Source: Chrysomallon squamiferum
Lineage: Eukaryota > Animalia > Mollusca
Assembly (NCBI GenBank): GCA_012295275.1
Contig: CM022676.1
Coordinates: 1,674,001-1,738,000 of the forward strand
Length of the DNA stretch: 64,000 nt
Direction of reading: 5' to 3'
Shown here piece by piece: positions 1 to 14,726 of the stretch (position 1 is its first letter; each line of letters starts with the position of its first letter). The notes beneath the pieces were generated by a model, which saw only the letters and a list, made by a program, of their open reading frames with translations, was not told the DNA's origin and did not search any database. The position numbers and the translations under genes are program-made.

Positions 1-612
1 TTGTTATTAACAGGAACAAGAACAATAAATAAAATAAATAAATAATTTCTTACTCATTTACTCTAATATTATTATTATTTGAATAATTACAATTTATTGT
101 TTGTAAAATTAATTATTATTGTTCTCTGGAGATAGCAGTTATTATATTTTGTAGTTAATATTTTCATACATGTTCATTATTTTTAGTAACTTTTATACAT
201 TGCTTTTAACTAAAATATATTGTTAATTCCTTCAAACTTTCCTTGTGTTCAACAATTTGACTTTTATATATATATATAATTTTTATTCTTTAAAGTTTAA
301 TAAACAAACAAACAAATAATTAGAAATAAATAAATAGTAGTAATCACAAATATAATTTTTAAAAATTACCTTTGTATTTTAGAGTGCAGTTACGTCATCT
401 TTCTTTTTGCTTTTGTGTCTTATAAAAAGTGCTTTTTTTTTTTTTTTCTTCTTTTGATTAGTTAATTTATTTATTTATTATATACTTTTTTTTTTGATGT
501 TTTGTTTTATTTATTAATTTTGTTTTACTTTGTTATATATTTATTTATGTTTCTTTTATTATTATTATTTTTGTGTTGTTTTTTTATTTTTTTTTTTATT
601 TATTACTTTATT

Positions 613-645
<33 letters not shown>

Positions 646-972
646 TTTTTTTTTTTATTAAAAATCAATTTAATTAAATTCTTTTCTTACTGTAAACAAA
701 ACTTTGACAAGTATTTCATTAAATAAGTTCTGAATTAAATTCACTGTGTCAAAAATATTATGTAACAAAAATTTACAATTTAAATATAACTCAGCCCTCA
801 CATTGTTTAAAACCTTCAACAATATATTCAGTGAACTGTCAAACTATTTCAATCCCAACCTTAACCTCACTGAAAAACAAGCTCACTCTAGGAACTGATA
901 TAAAAATCACACCAAGTAACCTCATAAATGGACAGTGGTCATTCATTTTTAATTACATCAGTCTACACTTAC

Positions 973-2010
973 CCTGAGGAAGAGATGGACCAGACTAGTG
1001 TCCAGTGGTGTCCAGTCAAGTGATAAACCAGCCAGCTTTCTTCTTCACAACATGCAATTAGTATCCAAACAGGAGTTTGTACACAAACTGGTAAAATGAT
1101 CAGAACTGATGTATAGGGAAAGAAATAGTGGCTTATTTATGTATTTATCTCTATAATAACTAGTTCTGATGAGAACACAACATTTGCTACTGTAGATCAA
1201 AACACAAGAAATATACAGAATTTGTTTCAACTCCTCACATTCCTCATAAAGGGCAAACAGATGTGATTCTCTCTTTGTTTTTCAATCACACAACAACAAA
1301 CCAGTAAACATGGCCACTTCTAACAGAAACTAATAAAAAAACTTCTCCTGTGATGTTAAAACATGGGTCAGTCACAAAGAGTTTACTGACTGCTCACACT
1401 AGTTAAATAATATTTACATCTGTGTCTCACTGTCAGGATTGTGAGTTATAAAAAAGTGTAAAGAAACTCTCAGAGTCAGTGAATCACTTGGTGTATCGTG
1501 TAACAAAATGAATGTTAATCATTCCTCCTGTGATTTTACTGAGAACAGATATCAGAGTTGCCTGTAAAGAATCATTTCCTCTTGCTTGTAGTAAAATTCC
1601 AGTCTCTTTCCACTGATGACACTGACACACTAAGTTAGTTCTACATTGGTACAGATCACTCAGATGTCCAGAGTTGCTGATCATTCAGAAAAGCTGTATT
1701 ACTAAACTGAACACAACTAAAACTGATAATAATAAGTCTCTACAAATAGAGGAGCTTCTACTAAGTCTGCCAGCCCTGTATATACAGAAACATTCTGTTC
1801 AAGTCGTGTTTTGAAATACTCAGTGAAAGAACTTAGATGTTTACTGAGAGAACTCGGATACATTCACTGAAAGATATAACACAGATTATTCCTGTTGCTA
1901 CGAGAGACCACGGCTCACTGTCCTCTCAGCTTCAGCTCGGGGAAGCTTCTGCAGTACTCGCCACTCTCTCGCTCATCCTACTGGCTACTTCTCGCTCCAC
2001 TGACTCGGAA
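973..2010 (-). other. Candidate alternative first (non-coding) exon of the minus-strand gene
   Basis: Consensus donor AGG|GTAAGT at 973/972. Local CpG retention at ~1800-2330, GA-rich leader and Inr-like TCAGT near 2000-2004. No long ORF. The 5' boundary is approximate. Confidence 0.5.
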
Positions 2011-5000
2011 ACTCTCTGCCAGGTCAATAGAACACGTGTGTTTTTTACCACAACGGGTGTTAATAGGCTGATGGCTTGCCACAGTTAAACACAACTCCTC
2101 TCTCCAGGTAGGGACATCACTGAGATCTTGTTTCGAAAAAATTTCTTTGTGTCCTCACTAGCTCAGATTATCCTCGTCAGATTTTTCTAACTTGGTTCAT
2201 TTTATTTTCTTCAACTTTTTTTTTTTTTTTTTGTTGTAAGGTTGGGAAAGTACAGGAAGAATTAAGTCAAGCGTATATCATGTAACATCACACAAACAAC
2301 CCCATCAGCGACTTTACACCTCCAACAACAACGTCACAATATACACCCACTACTGTCAGATTTTTAACTGGTGATAACTTCATAGTACTTTTATATAATG
2401 TGAAGAACTTTATAAATCTTATTTAGCCTATTATTTTATACATGACAATTTTACACACACACACAGTTATTATAAAATAATTATAAAAAGTTAATATTAA
2501 CAATTATTTAACAGTTAAGTTTATAAACATGTATGTAACATTCTCAAACTTATTGTTTTTAGATATATACATTACTGCAGAACTATTTCATTCGTAACTG
2601 TAAAATGTATTTTAAACACAAAACTTAATTTGTCATTTATAAAATTTGATTTATACTTAAACATTAACTTATAAAACTTTATATCAGCATTATGAAGATA
2701 ACACCCATTCATAATTTTTGCATTATTATAGTTTTAATTATAATTATAATAATAATAATTATTATTATTTAATTTCTTGTAATAAAAAATAATTTATTTT
2801 CTTCACCAATTTTATTAAAAAAAACATTAAAAAAATGTTTTTATCACTTTAAAAATAAACCAAAACTATTTTTACTTCTAATTTTTTTTCTGTCTCTCTC
2901 TTTTTCTATTTAAGCCATTGCTCCCAGTCATTTCACACTTTTTAAATAGTTTTTATGTGTATCAAAAATATTTCTCCAGGCAAAGATTTCTATCAGCATT
3001 ATTGCTGACAATTCTATTTTACAGTCCATAAACCAACACATTATAAACCTAAAATATTAACATTTAACTGTAGATAATAATATATACAGAAGAAAAATCA
3101 CAATAAATGTCACTGTAGACGTTATATGTTTACAGTAATTCTAGCTTTTTAACTTATAAAAATTATGACACAGATTTTCTGTTTGTGCATACATTCTCTT
3201 TATGGAATAATATTTTACATAAACATGATCTCTTTGTTAGCAACAATAACAGCAAACTGTAGCTCAAAACTACCCACACAACTACAATATGGAATACTGA
3301 ACCATTCCAAAAAATAAAGAATAAAATAATAATAACAAGAATAAAAATTAATAAATTTCCAAAGATTTACCCATAATCTAAAGATTGTTAAATAACAACA
3401 GCAGTAATTGTAGTTGTGATCAGTTTTATTATTACAGTTAGTTGATGTTATTTCTAATGTTGTTATACTACTTTTATTATTATTATTATTCATTTTTTGC
3501 CTGCATATATATTTTATTCATACATTAAATCAGTTCAATCTGTTTTGTTCTAAAAGAAAATCTGGCTTATAAATATTTTAAAATATTTAAACTGCATTAT
3601 TTGAATTTCTTAACTTTATTAATATTTCTCTCTTTTTTAAATTGTTTATGTTTTTATCAGTTTGCATTAAAGAGAAATAAATATAATCCTCATATTAAAT
3701 TCAGAAAAAAAGAAAGAAAAGAAAATGACAACGAAAGTATTTAAAAACAATATTACCAGTTTCACCTGCAAGTAGATGTGTACATTAGTGTAGGCTTGCA
3801 CATTAGAGTGTCAGTAAAGACTTCTGTTTTAAACATTTATGTCATTAACTGATTATTTACTTTTTAAGTAGCACTCAACAGTCAGATAAGATTTCTTTTT
3901 AAGTACTTGCTCTTTTTTCTTACATAAATTTACATTCATTCACTTGATTATTGGTCAATAAAGACTTTTTTAAGCAAATGAGAAAGCATTCATGAATGCT
4001 TTATTTCTTTCTTTATTTCTTTATTTATTTACTTATTTAACTAAAATGACAATATTTTCAAAAACATTTCTAATCTTTATGCAAGAGAGAGAGAGAGAGA
4101 GATTTTATTAATCAATTTATTTAATTTACTTTAATTAACTAAAATGAAGGAAATATTAAAACAATTTTAATCATCAAATATAAGGCAACATTGTACAAAG
4201 ATCAAGACATAGTGAAGTATAAAATTTAAAGTATTTTTACTAGGTTTTTTTTTATTAGCAGGAAAAAAATAATCTTTCTTATTTCTATCTTCCTATCAAC
4301 TAGAACACAAATATCATATGGTTAGAACATGGCTAGAACAGGAAACACAGAGACTAGCAGAATTTTTATAAGGTTCAATATTTCATCATTAAAAGATTAT
4401 CAACAATTAATATTTTTTATTCAGTATGCAATAACAGTAACAGAAAATACTTTGATTCAAGTGCTGGCAGGACTGAAGACATTGTTTGTGGAATATAAAA
4501 GGAGTTGTGTATGCAGATCATGATGCTGAACACTACAGACAGGGAAATCATAAGAAGGAAACAGAATTGATTGTAACAGTGTTTCATGACTGCTCATAAT
4601 AACATCATATGTCTGTAAACAGCAGTCTCATTTGTGAAACATATTTATTAAAAACAAGACATACTATCTTTATTTTACAGTTACCTGTCTTAACATAGCA
4701 TATTGTATAAAATAAAGCAGTAAAAATTATTTTATAAATGTCTGGTTAGTAAAGCCTTAACCCTTTCTACCATCTTGATATATCTACTAAATTTAAAATG
4801 GTATGATGTCATGTTAAGTAAATACTTTTTTTAAATAATGTTACATGACACTATTTGCAATCATAAACAAATCTCATTTAAAAATAAAACTATAAACTGT
4901 TCTCATTTTGCAGTTCTGTGTGTTAACACATGTGACAGTGTTAATGTACTATTCAAGAATATATTATGTCAAATGTATAAATAATACTATCCTAACCTTC

Positions 5001-5260
5001 TTAGTAACATCTTTACAAACAAATTATTTGAGAAACCACTCATTTTTTAATGTTTGCTCTGATGGCTATTTTCAGTTCATAATTTTTATGCCACTATTGT
5101 TTGTACAATTAAGATATGACAACATCATAATTGAAATCTAAAAGCAATTTTGTAACTATATTTATTCCCTTAATTTAAAACATCAAAGTTCGTTAGAACT
5201 GTGTATCAGTCAATACTGCCTGCAGTCCACAACATTCCTGTCTTCGACTAAACTAAGTTC

Positions 5261-5264
<4 letters not shown>

Positions 5265-5309
<45 letters not shown>
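5265..5309. repeat. (TG)n microsatellite
   Basis: Directly visible. Confidence 0.95.
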
Positions 5310-5312
<3 letters not shown>

Positions 5313-6814
5313 TGTGTCCATGTTTGTGTCCTCAAAAATAAACTATATACACCTTCCTAAAATAGTAAACTAACAAACAATAGAAAAAATTAATTTCCCT
5401 TACTATTAACATAATGACAGCACTCTGTATGAAATACTGGATGTGTACTTGCTGTCTTTCCGAAATCTAGATCCACCCCTTCAGTCCTGTAGTCTTTATC
5501 CTGGTAAACAGTGTAGTTGAAATATTTAAAAAATATAAACTTATATCTTGATACTCTGTAATGGATATCATGCCGTAGGAAAACAAGCACTATAGTTTAT
5601 AGATAAAATAAACCCTTTATTATCATGCTTAACCAAGTTATAAGTAAGTAATTAATAATATAAATGATGGAGAAAGTAAATAACAATGAAATAAATGATG
5701 GAGTATGTAAATGATTAAAGAAATGAATGAGAAAGTAGGTGAATAAATAAATGAATGTGAAATAAATTAATGTTTAACATTTTTTAGCATTCTGTGACAA
5801 ACCAGTGTATTCTGAGATAATAAACACTTTATTATGATGCTAACGTCAAATCTTTTTTGAAAATATGCCACCTGATAAATTTTTTTATCTCATGAATTTT
5901 TTATAAATTATTTTATAAACAATTTTTTTTTTTTTTTTTAAAAATTCATAAAGAGGTAACTAGTACATAATAAAGATGTGAGTAACATTTTAATTTAAAT
6001 GATGTGACAGTGTTAATGTGCCCCAGGCTGTATCCTGTCAATCATGAGTCATGAACAAAATAAATAAAGTGAACATTTTTACCTGCAGTCTAATAAGTCT
6101 GCCATTTTCTACATGTATTTAAAAAAATAAACATGTATAATTACTTCTAATGTCAATAGCAGTGAATGAATTCATATGAATAGAAGAAATAGTTCATTTA
6201 AAGAGACTTTTTTAATCTATAATTTACATAAATTTTGTATTGTTAATAACAGTCAAGCTGTATTATATTTAACCTCTGCTGACCAATGACTCAGCCATTC
6301 ATAACAATAAAAAGAAAACCAAATGTTCAACTTTTCATACTTTTCATAACATGAAGGTGTGCTTTAATTTAACTAGGTTTTTTCCGTAAAAAGCTATGCA
6401 TCTATCCAACACACACTCACACACAAACACACACTTTCTATTTCATATCTGTTTTTAATATATTTTTTAAATTTATTTAATCTGTCACAAAATAAAGTCT
6501 AAAAACATTATATTTGAAAAACGATGAATATGAGAAATACCATTATGTTAAATTAAAGCTGAGAATCATAACTAGATTTAAATATTTCTTTGCCAGTGGC
6601 AATCTATGCAGTCTAAAATAAAATGAATATAACATTTAAAACAAATTTAGTATAGAGAATTAAATGTCTTACCTTATACTTTTGAGTTGGAGTGCTTAGA
6701 AATATAAATCTGAAAGAATAAAAAATAAAACCCATTGAGTATTTTTCATAGAGGTATAACATAGCTTTTAACTTCCAACATGTTAGACAGAAAATACTTC
6801 TGTTCATGAATCTT

Positions 6815-7400
6815 ATATCTATTCCATATCAGAACATTGTATATCTCATATCAGAACACTGTATGTGTTTCATACATGAACCAAAATTATCACTTGTGTC
6901 TGAAAACCTTATCAGTTTCATATCAGCAGATTATATGTCTAATTTCTTAACACTTATGTCTCATATCAGGATGACTGTATAATATCAGAATCCTCTATGT
7001 CTGATACTGGAAAACTGTATGACTCTTATCAGAACATCTCTAGTATCAAACTTGTCTGGGCTCACATCAGTTCACTGAATATTTCCTATCAGACAAACTG
7101 TGTGCGTCTCATATCAATATTTTACACAAGAGCTGATGTTGTAACTGTTTCATATCTAAGTCAAACTGTATCTTTTTTATATCATAACCAACAGGGTATC
7201 TGAGTCAAGATCGTCTCAAAACAGAATGTTTATCTTTCTAATAAATGAGTATCTGTGTCCTGTCAGTCAAGTTGTATCATGTTTTTATTAAAATAAAAAA
7301 TGTGCCTAATATTAGAATCAGCAATGTATCAGAAACTTTATTTGAATAAATTCAATTCATATCAAGTCATAATTGTATCTGATTCTATAAGTATCTCTGT
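6815..7400. repeat. Old degenerate tandem repeat (TCTCATATCAG core, ~22-bp period)
   Basis: Recurrent TGTATxTCTCATATCAGAA-like words throughout the interval. Confidence 0.7.
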
Positions 7401-7698
7401 GTCAGTCAATATTTTATTTTTGTTGTCTGACACAAAACATTAAAAAGTCAAACAAGTGCTTTTATATTGCCAATCCAGTTGAATATAACAGCTAGATTTT
7501 ATCAAAATTACTTTTGATAAAAAGAAATTAAATATGAAAAGTGATACAAAACCAGGTGTAGTTACTTTCAGCTATGTATAAACTCAGGTATGTTAAATTA
7601 ATAAGTAAATGACATAAAGTAACCCTCTTCAGTGAAAGCCACTGATATATCTTTGATATTTATTTCACAATTATTTCACAATAGATTCCACTACTTAC

Positions 7699-7752
7699 GT
7701 CTTCCAGGCAGCAAACAGCTAATCTAAACTCAAACAATGAATATCCTGCTTT
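7699..7752 (-). other. Candidate 54-nt exon (KAGYSLFEFRLAVCCLED if coding)
   Basis: Donor GAC|GTAAGT at 7699/7698 and acceptor GTGCAG| at 7753 with an upstream pyrimidine tract. Length is a multiple of 3. No homologue recognised. Confidence 0.35.
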
Positions 7753-8518
7753 CTGCACACATTTGTAAGAGCAGTTGAAAAGAGAAGATAATTAAAAGCA
7801 GTCAGCTGAAGACATTTCTGTATGAGCTAACTTGTCAAAGAAGGGTCTCACAGTACAGTAATAAAACTCTCCAATACAGCTATGTTATTCATGTCACTAT
7901 TAATTACATGCGAGATGGCCCAACCATTTCTTGCGTTAGCTTAGTGCATTCTCTTGTCCAACATACTCCTTATAATTGACTTTTTCACAAGTATGTACAT
8001 GGAACACATACCTACATACATATATAGATAATACACTTACAAAGAGATGCACATAAGGACGCATGCACACACACATAATAATAATATTCATTTTTTTTAA
8101 TTTACATTAATAATAATTAGGAAAAAAGAAATTAATGAATATGATTTCAGTTGAAATTTTATGATAATTATTTTACTTGTCACTTATCTTTGCTCTTTTT
8201 CCCTTTTATGATGTATAAAAATACAAATATGTTTTATTTTTTTGATATATAAATATTTATCTTTCATTAAAGCCATTAGTACTGTTAAAAAAAAATATTA
8301 TTTTAAAAATGTTTTTTAATAGAATGCATCACTTTTTTAGTTACCAATATTAAGTTGTTCATAATTTTTTTTTTATCTTGAACAAATGAAGATACTTAAA
8401 ACATGAGTAGATGCAGGCACTGGTACATGACTGCATTTTGTTTATTTAAATTAATATGTTTGTTAATAATGATTTTGTTATTAATTTTTAATTAAATTTG
8501 GCTCAAACACATACACAC

Positions 8519-8563
<45 letters not shown>

Positions 8564-8589
8564 TGTATGTGATTACCATTATCCATGTA

Positions 8590-8620
<31 letters not shown>

Positions 8621-9297
8621 GATAAAATCAAGCACAAATGCTCAGTATTAAGCTGATTTTATGCTAAAACAAGATACGATAAAAATATTTAAAATAAACA
8701 TATGTTGTCAAAAAGGCAAAATAAAATAATAATCATGATTATGATAAAAATAAAGATAATGATAATCACCATAACAATGATTAGGATAATAACAATAATT
8801 TTATTATATATGTAAAGATAATATGATATAACAAATAAAAGATAATATGAGTAACTTTGGAATTAGATTCTGAAGATAATTATGCAATAAACAATCAGTC
8901 AACATATATAACAGTCATGCAAGAAGAAATGGGAACTAGTTACGTCAGACATTTTTGTATATTAATAAGCAGAGACAGAGGAAACAACAGATGGTCTAAT
9001 TGAGACTCAGCTTGGCAGTTAGCACTGAACCTGTATAAAACCTGGTAAACTAGCAACTTCATAAAGCACCAATAATCTACTTTAGACCAGTAAATCAACA
9101 GGCCCGGAAACTGCAGGAGAATTCTAATTAACTCAAGCATCTTGAAAGAAAACAAGTGCACATGTATGTTACACATTTATCTCCAACTACAGAGTTGTCT
9201 CCCTTGATTAGTTTATGGCAATATTAAAATAATTTATAATATATGTTTTTGAAGTGTTAAACATTATTTGAATAAATTATTGAATAAATTATTTAGT

Positions 9298-9410
9298 AAA
9301 GAAGAAATGTTTTATTTATGGAAACAAATCTCAGATTTACAATATGTAGTTTTATACATTATTTTGGTTAAGAATCACAGAAATAACAAGACTGAAAACT
9401 GATTGCTAGT
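9298..9410 (-). mobile_element. Degraded SINE 3' end
   Basis: GAAGAAATGTTTTTATTTA...TGGTTAAGAATCACAGAAAT...GAAAACTG resembles the recalled reverse-complement tail of the same SINE family; highly diverged. Confidence 0.35.
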
Positions 9411-9589
9411 AATGAGAAAACAGCTAGAAACACTGAAGAAGTCTGATTTAGCAGACTTTACCAGAAACAAAGAAACAGGACAAAGACAAAGGGAAATAAA
9501 GAAAGCGTTTTCCGATAAGGTTTTGGTTATATCATATTTTGTATGACATCATCAACCTGGCATAAAACTCAGCTATTTTTTCAGATGAA

Positions 9590-9980
9590 TTCGATGTTTT
9601 TCTTGCACTCCTTTTACTGACTGCATCCTGTTGCACAGTGGATTCATTATGCTGAAATAACCAATGCATATAACAAGAAGAATCTGAAAAATCCATTGTT
9701 CCACCCTTCTCAAATGTTGTTCAATAGCTGTTTGTAGAATCAAGTACATTCACAATGCAAGTGGGTAGAGTGATAGATTTGGAGAGCATAGCACCTGTCA
9801 CATAGAACATTTCAAAGAAGGTGACAGTTTTGATGGTGTATGGTGATGCACTGTCCTTCAGGTTAGCAATACCTTCAGAACCTTCATCAACTCCATATAT
9901 TTTACCACAGATCAAATGAAAGTCCTCATTTTCCTTGTAATGATTTCTGAATTTTACACCATGTGCTTTGTGTAAGGTGT
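9590..9980 (-). pseudogene. Decayed MULE (Mutator-like) transposase fragment
   Basis: Across frameshifts it reads HLTQSTWCKIQ / HYKENEDFHLICGKIYG..EGIANLKD..FFEMFYVTG / NNI*EGWNNGF / ESTVQQDAV. These match the CxxH-proximal, YF--TYV-G and TNN--EGW(N/H) motifs of animal MULE transposases. Confidence 0.8.
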
Positions 9981-12297
9981 TTTACTATAAGGAGAGTAGA
10001 GACAAGATGTTTGCCTCTCTGTTGGTTAGCTAGAGAATACCTGCATCAGAAAAAGATTAACATTAAAGATATATCACTGGAAACTGGTCATTAAAGAACT
10101 TGTTAAATAATTTGGGAAATTGTTCTTTTACTTTAATGTAATCTACACTGAATATGTCATTCAGATTATCAGAAGGGATTTATTCACTTATAACTATTGG
10201 CTGAAACAAATGCACATTTTATTTGGGATTTATGAAAATTAATACCAGTAAGAAGAAAATGTAATATAAAATATCTCTAACATAGTTTCTGTTTCTTTCG
10301 TTCCTTAACTCATACTCCATGACAACACTATAACAAAAAGTATACCTATTACATAGTCTAAACAACACAAAGTATGTTTTGTTTTCCTTCTATTTATGGA
10401 CAATGCAACACATAATAATTGTAAAGAATTTTGTCTATTTGTTGATAAAACAACACATAATAATAGAACTATCTAATGTAAACAATAAAAATCTTTCTGC
10501 TGCAAGGAAACACTCAGAACAGCCAGACATAATGACTGGCTTATTACAGCCCTCTGTGTTTATCCAGACAATGTTACCTCACCACTGACCACTGGCTATC
10601 TGTTGACCCACTTGTTTCACAACTTACACTGAGTGGGTAAACAGACAGATGTGAGATATGAAAGTTATATTATGGGATGTTATGTTATATAACTGACAAA
10701 CAGGTTTTACTGAACAGGGTGAAAACGGAAACATTTCAAACATGGAGATATTTTAATGATGTTTGAAACTTACAAAGGCTGAAAGATTATGTAACTGATA
10801 ATCTAATTAATGAATTTAGTAAGTTATTTAAGAAAGAGAAAAAATAATGTAAAAAAAATGTGTTGACTTTCAAATATTACTGAAATTGTTATGTGAAAGA
10901 ATAATTAAATGGATGTAAACAACACTACAAGACTGTGAAATTATTAAAGGGCTGACATGAAACATTATATAACTGTTGTGTAAAACAAGTGTGTTATACA
11001 TGAATACCTGATGTAGTTATTTTAGCTGAGGTATTCAAGAGTTATTAGACGAGTAATACAAAGTTTTAACACAATAGGTAGATATAAATAAACTAATTAG
11101 ATATTTAAATGTTATTAGTAAATGTTGCATACATGAATAATTAATATACTAAAAAAAGATAAAGTAGATGTGTATAAGGAAATAATTGTATTAGGTCATG
11201 AGATGGATGATGAACTGAACATGTGAAATATGATCAAAGAGATACATGGAACTGTTTTTAGGTCTGTGGATTAGATGTTACTTAATTTGAAATACACCAG
11301 AGATAATGGGACTATGGTTAGTTCAAAGGATGGACAGTTCACTGACCACAGTGCTACTGAATGTGAAATACAGATGAGTAAGGAGATTTATGGAACAGTT
11401 TCTGAATCGGATGCTGATAATGAGTATGACAAGATCAGGTAAAACTCCACCTGGAAAAAATCCTTTGGAAAAAGAAAACATATTAGACATAATCCCACTA
11501 TATACTCTCACAGACAAAAGACAACAGGGTAATAACACAAACAAATGTATATAGTAGACAATATAGTAGACATATAGTAGATAATCATAACTATCCATGC
11601 AGTTACTACAACTGACCTTAGCACTCCTGAAACTGACCAGTGTGTCAGTCACATGGTTACATGACAATACTGTGTTATTCAAACTGTAATGCAAGATGAG
11701 GAATAACTGGGTATAAGATTATGTAACTTCTTGGCCTCAGATATTTGCATAACTGGTCTTACAATTTCAAAACAAAGCAAAAAGGCCTTTTAGTGGTGAA
11801 AGAAGTAAAAAAACAACAAATAAACACAGGAACGATTTTGTAACTACAAACTGCCAGCCAGATTTTCTAATAAAATGCACAGCCAGGCTTGTAAAGTACA
11901 CAGTGTCACTGATAGAAGTATTTCTGTTGAAATGTGTATTTATAAATGTTTTATGCATTGTTAAGTAATATTGTCAGAAATATCTTGTATCTTAAAGGGA
12001 CACAAAAATTTACCATGGCAAGAATGATGACAATTTGATTTATGTACTTACCAATAAAAACTGATCACTAATTTTTCATAATTTTGTATTTAGAGAATTG
12101 GTACTGGTTTCAGATGTGCATATTTATCAGTATTAAAGTTTGTTTTCTTTCATTTTAATGTATTTTATTTATGTTTTGTATTTTTTAATTTTTAAAAATA
12201 TTTATTACTATTTTTTTAGACACCAGTAATTGATTAAACCAAAAAAAATGATTAAGTGTATACCTGCACCAATTAAACAACCAAACAAACTAACAAA

Positions 12298-12332
<35 letters not shown>

Positions 12333-14425
12333 AATTATAGAACTGTATTACGGTCCAAAAATGAAATTAAAAAAAAAAAAAAAAAAAAAAAGAAGCAATT
12401 TATAAATTAAATTCAGTTACCCTTTAAGTAAATATTTATAATCCCAGACAGACAGAAAACCCAAATCAAACCAGGTATTTATTTCTATATTTATGATAAA
12501 TTTTAATGAATACAAAATTAAAAACTGCCATAACATTTAAATGTGAAATCAAAGAAGAAAGATATGAAAAAAACAACAACATCATAACATATTATATATT
12601 ATATTTTCTCATTTGTTATAATAGAGATGATTGAATATAAATCTTTTCTGGCACAAAGTTTACATTACAAAGTGATTTAGAGTTTTTAACTCAAACTGTA
12701 AAGGTTATTGTGACACTAAACATTTAAATTTTTCTTTTGTGTTACTACATATTCAGTTAATTTCTTTTTACCTATTGTTTAAATATTTTTAGGTGCAATA
12801 GACTTAAGGTAGCTTACAGCAAGTAAGACAAAAAACATTGTTTTAGTAAAATAAAAAGATATCTGAATTTTTTCTTTTTTCAGAGTACAAAGAAATAATA
12901 AATAATGATGCAGAAAGGAAAAAAAAAAAAAAAAAAAGAAAATAAATAAAGTTGTGGTATTTTTGAACAAAAAGGTAGTTTGATTCCTACCCCTACCATT
13001 ACACTCCCCCTTAATGAAATAAACCAATAAAATGTTTGTTTTGGGTTTCATTTGTTTGTTTTACAAAAAGAAAATATAAAATAAATAAGATGGTTTCATG
13101 CTATAATGTGGAATTAAAAAGGTACTGTGATTACAGGAATATTAACTTACTCTTTTTAACTCTTTTTAATTCTTTATTTTTATATTTAGTATTAATATTT
13201 AATTTTTAAAATAAATTTATAAATAAATTTTTCTTTGTCTATTTTTAAGAGAAAATATCTTATTATAAATTTTATTTATTTATTATTTTTCTTGTTAAAA
13301 AAACAACTTCTTCTATATGATCAAGTGACTACAAAACACACAAATACAATTTGTTTTTCAAAGTATTTTAGATATTAAAAAACACATACGTTTTTTATTT
13401 TTAACATGAGGATATGTACAGTAAAAAAAAAGAAAAACAAAGTTAGTTGTAACCTCTCTGCAAGAAAAAGTCAGCTCCTGCAATGATTTAGGTGATGAAA
13501 CAGAACATCAAGAAAAATCTATTGGAAGGGGGAATAAGGAAAGTATTCATAATAAATACCATCCTCACACAAAGAGATGACTTTTTTCACATTAGTGCAG
13601 TCAGCAAACTAATATCTTCCAACTACCTGGCTATACACAGTCAATTCACCTGAAAGTTTTACTTTCATCTTACACAGGTACGCTTAAAGTCATCACCATC
13701 AACGCTGAGGCTGAGTGCCATCATGTATGCAGCATTTTATTAAATATAACAATATAAAATGATTCTGCATCCTGTTCCAGCTGGCTGGTCACGATTGTCG
13801 GTGACAGGTGAAGTGAGACCAATGTTATCTCTGCATAGATTAGAAAAACACATTTACCTGTAGAAAACATTAGTATTGACACCTGCAGTGTTTGTCAGCT
13901 ACAGAATCTGCTGTAGATAAGCCAGCCAGGTTATTAAAAGACAACTTTAAAAAGAAATGTGAACAGTGATTAAAGATGACACCCGGTTCACTCTGCTCTA
14001 CACACAAACGAGATAAAATGATTATACACACTTTTTATTTATAAAAAGAAATCAGTGTGATGAATGAATGATAAAATAGTTTTGTATTTTACAGTTTTTA
14101 GAAGTTTTTATGCATGTGTGTGTGTAGTTTTTGTATGTATGGGGTTTGTGTATGTATGGGTTTGTGCTTATGTGAATGTGTGCATGTGCATGTGCTTGAT
14201 AATGTATAATAAGAGTATTTGTGTAACTTTTTTAAGTGACATTTTATGTATGTATTTCTGTAATGTTCATGTATATAATGTGTACAAGATGTTCATTTGT
14301 GTGTGTGTGTGTGTGTGTGTATAAAGATAGCTGTTACAATACATGCACCCTTTTCCAGCCCAGCCAAATATCTGTAGCACAACACCCTATTTCTCCCCTC
14401 CCCTACTTAAAAACAAAACCACTGA

Positions 14426-14726
14426 CCACCCTAGCTGAAGTGTAACACAACCACCCTATTTCCACCCTAGCTGAAGTGTAACACAACCACCCTATTTCCA
14501 CCCTAGCTGAAGTGTAACACAACCACCCTATTTCCACCCTAGCTGAAGTGTAACACAACCACCCTATTTCCACCCTAACTGAAGTGTAACACAACCACCC
14601 CATTTCCACCCTAGCTGAAGTGTAACACAACCACCCCATTTCCACCCTAGCTGAAGTGTAACACAACCACCCCATTTCCACCCTAGCTGAAGTGTAACAC
14701 AACCACCCTATTTCCACCCTAGCTGA
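14426..14726. repeat. Minisatellite, 36 bp x ~8.4
   Basis: Unit CCACCCTAGCTGAAGTGTAACACAACCACCCTATTT; copies near-identical. Confidence 0.97.

Noticed and set aside
4757-4775. TTAACCCT piggyBac-like terminus (also ~18005)
   Set aside because: No matching AGGGTTAA partner end was found; such 8-mers are expected by chance in AT-rich DNA.
13601-13697. Possible minus-strand C/D snoRNA (GTGATGA ... CTGA, ~97 nt)
   Set aside because: No terminal stem and no recognisable rRNA or snRNA antisense element.
14403-14717. Repeat ORF (EIGWLCYTSARV)n and a possible CRISPR-like array
   Set aside because: Head-to-tail 36-bp units with no unique spacers and no cas genes; an ordinary minisatellite in eukaryotic DNA.
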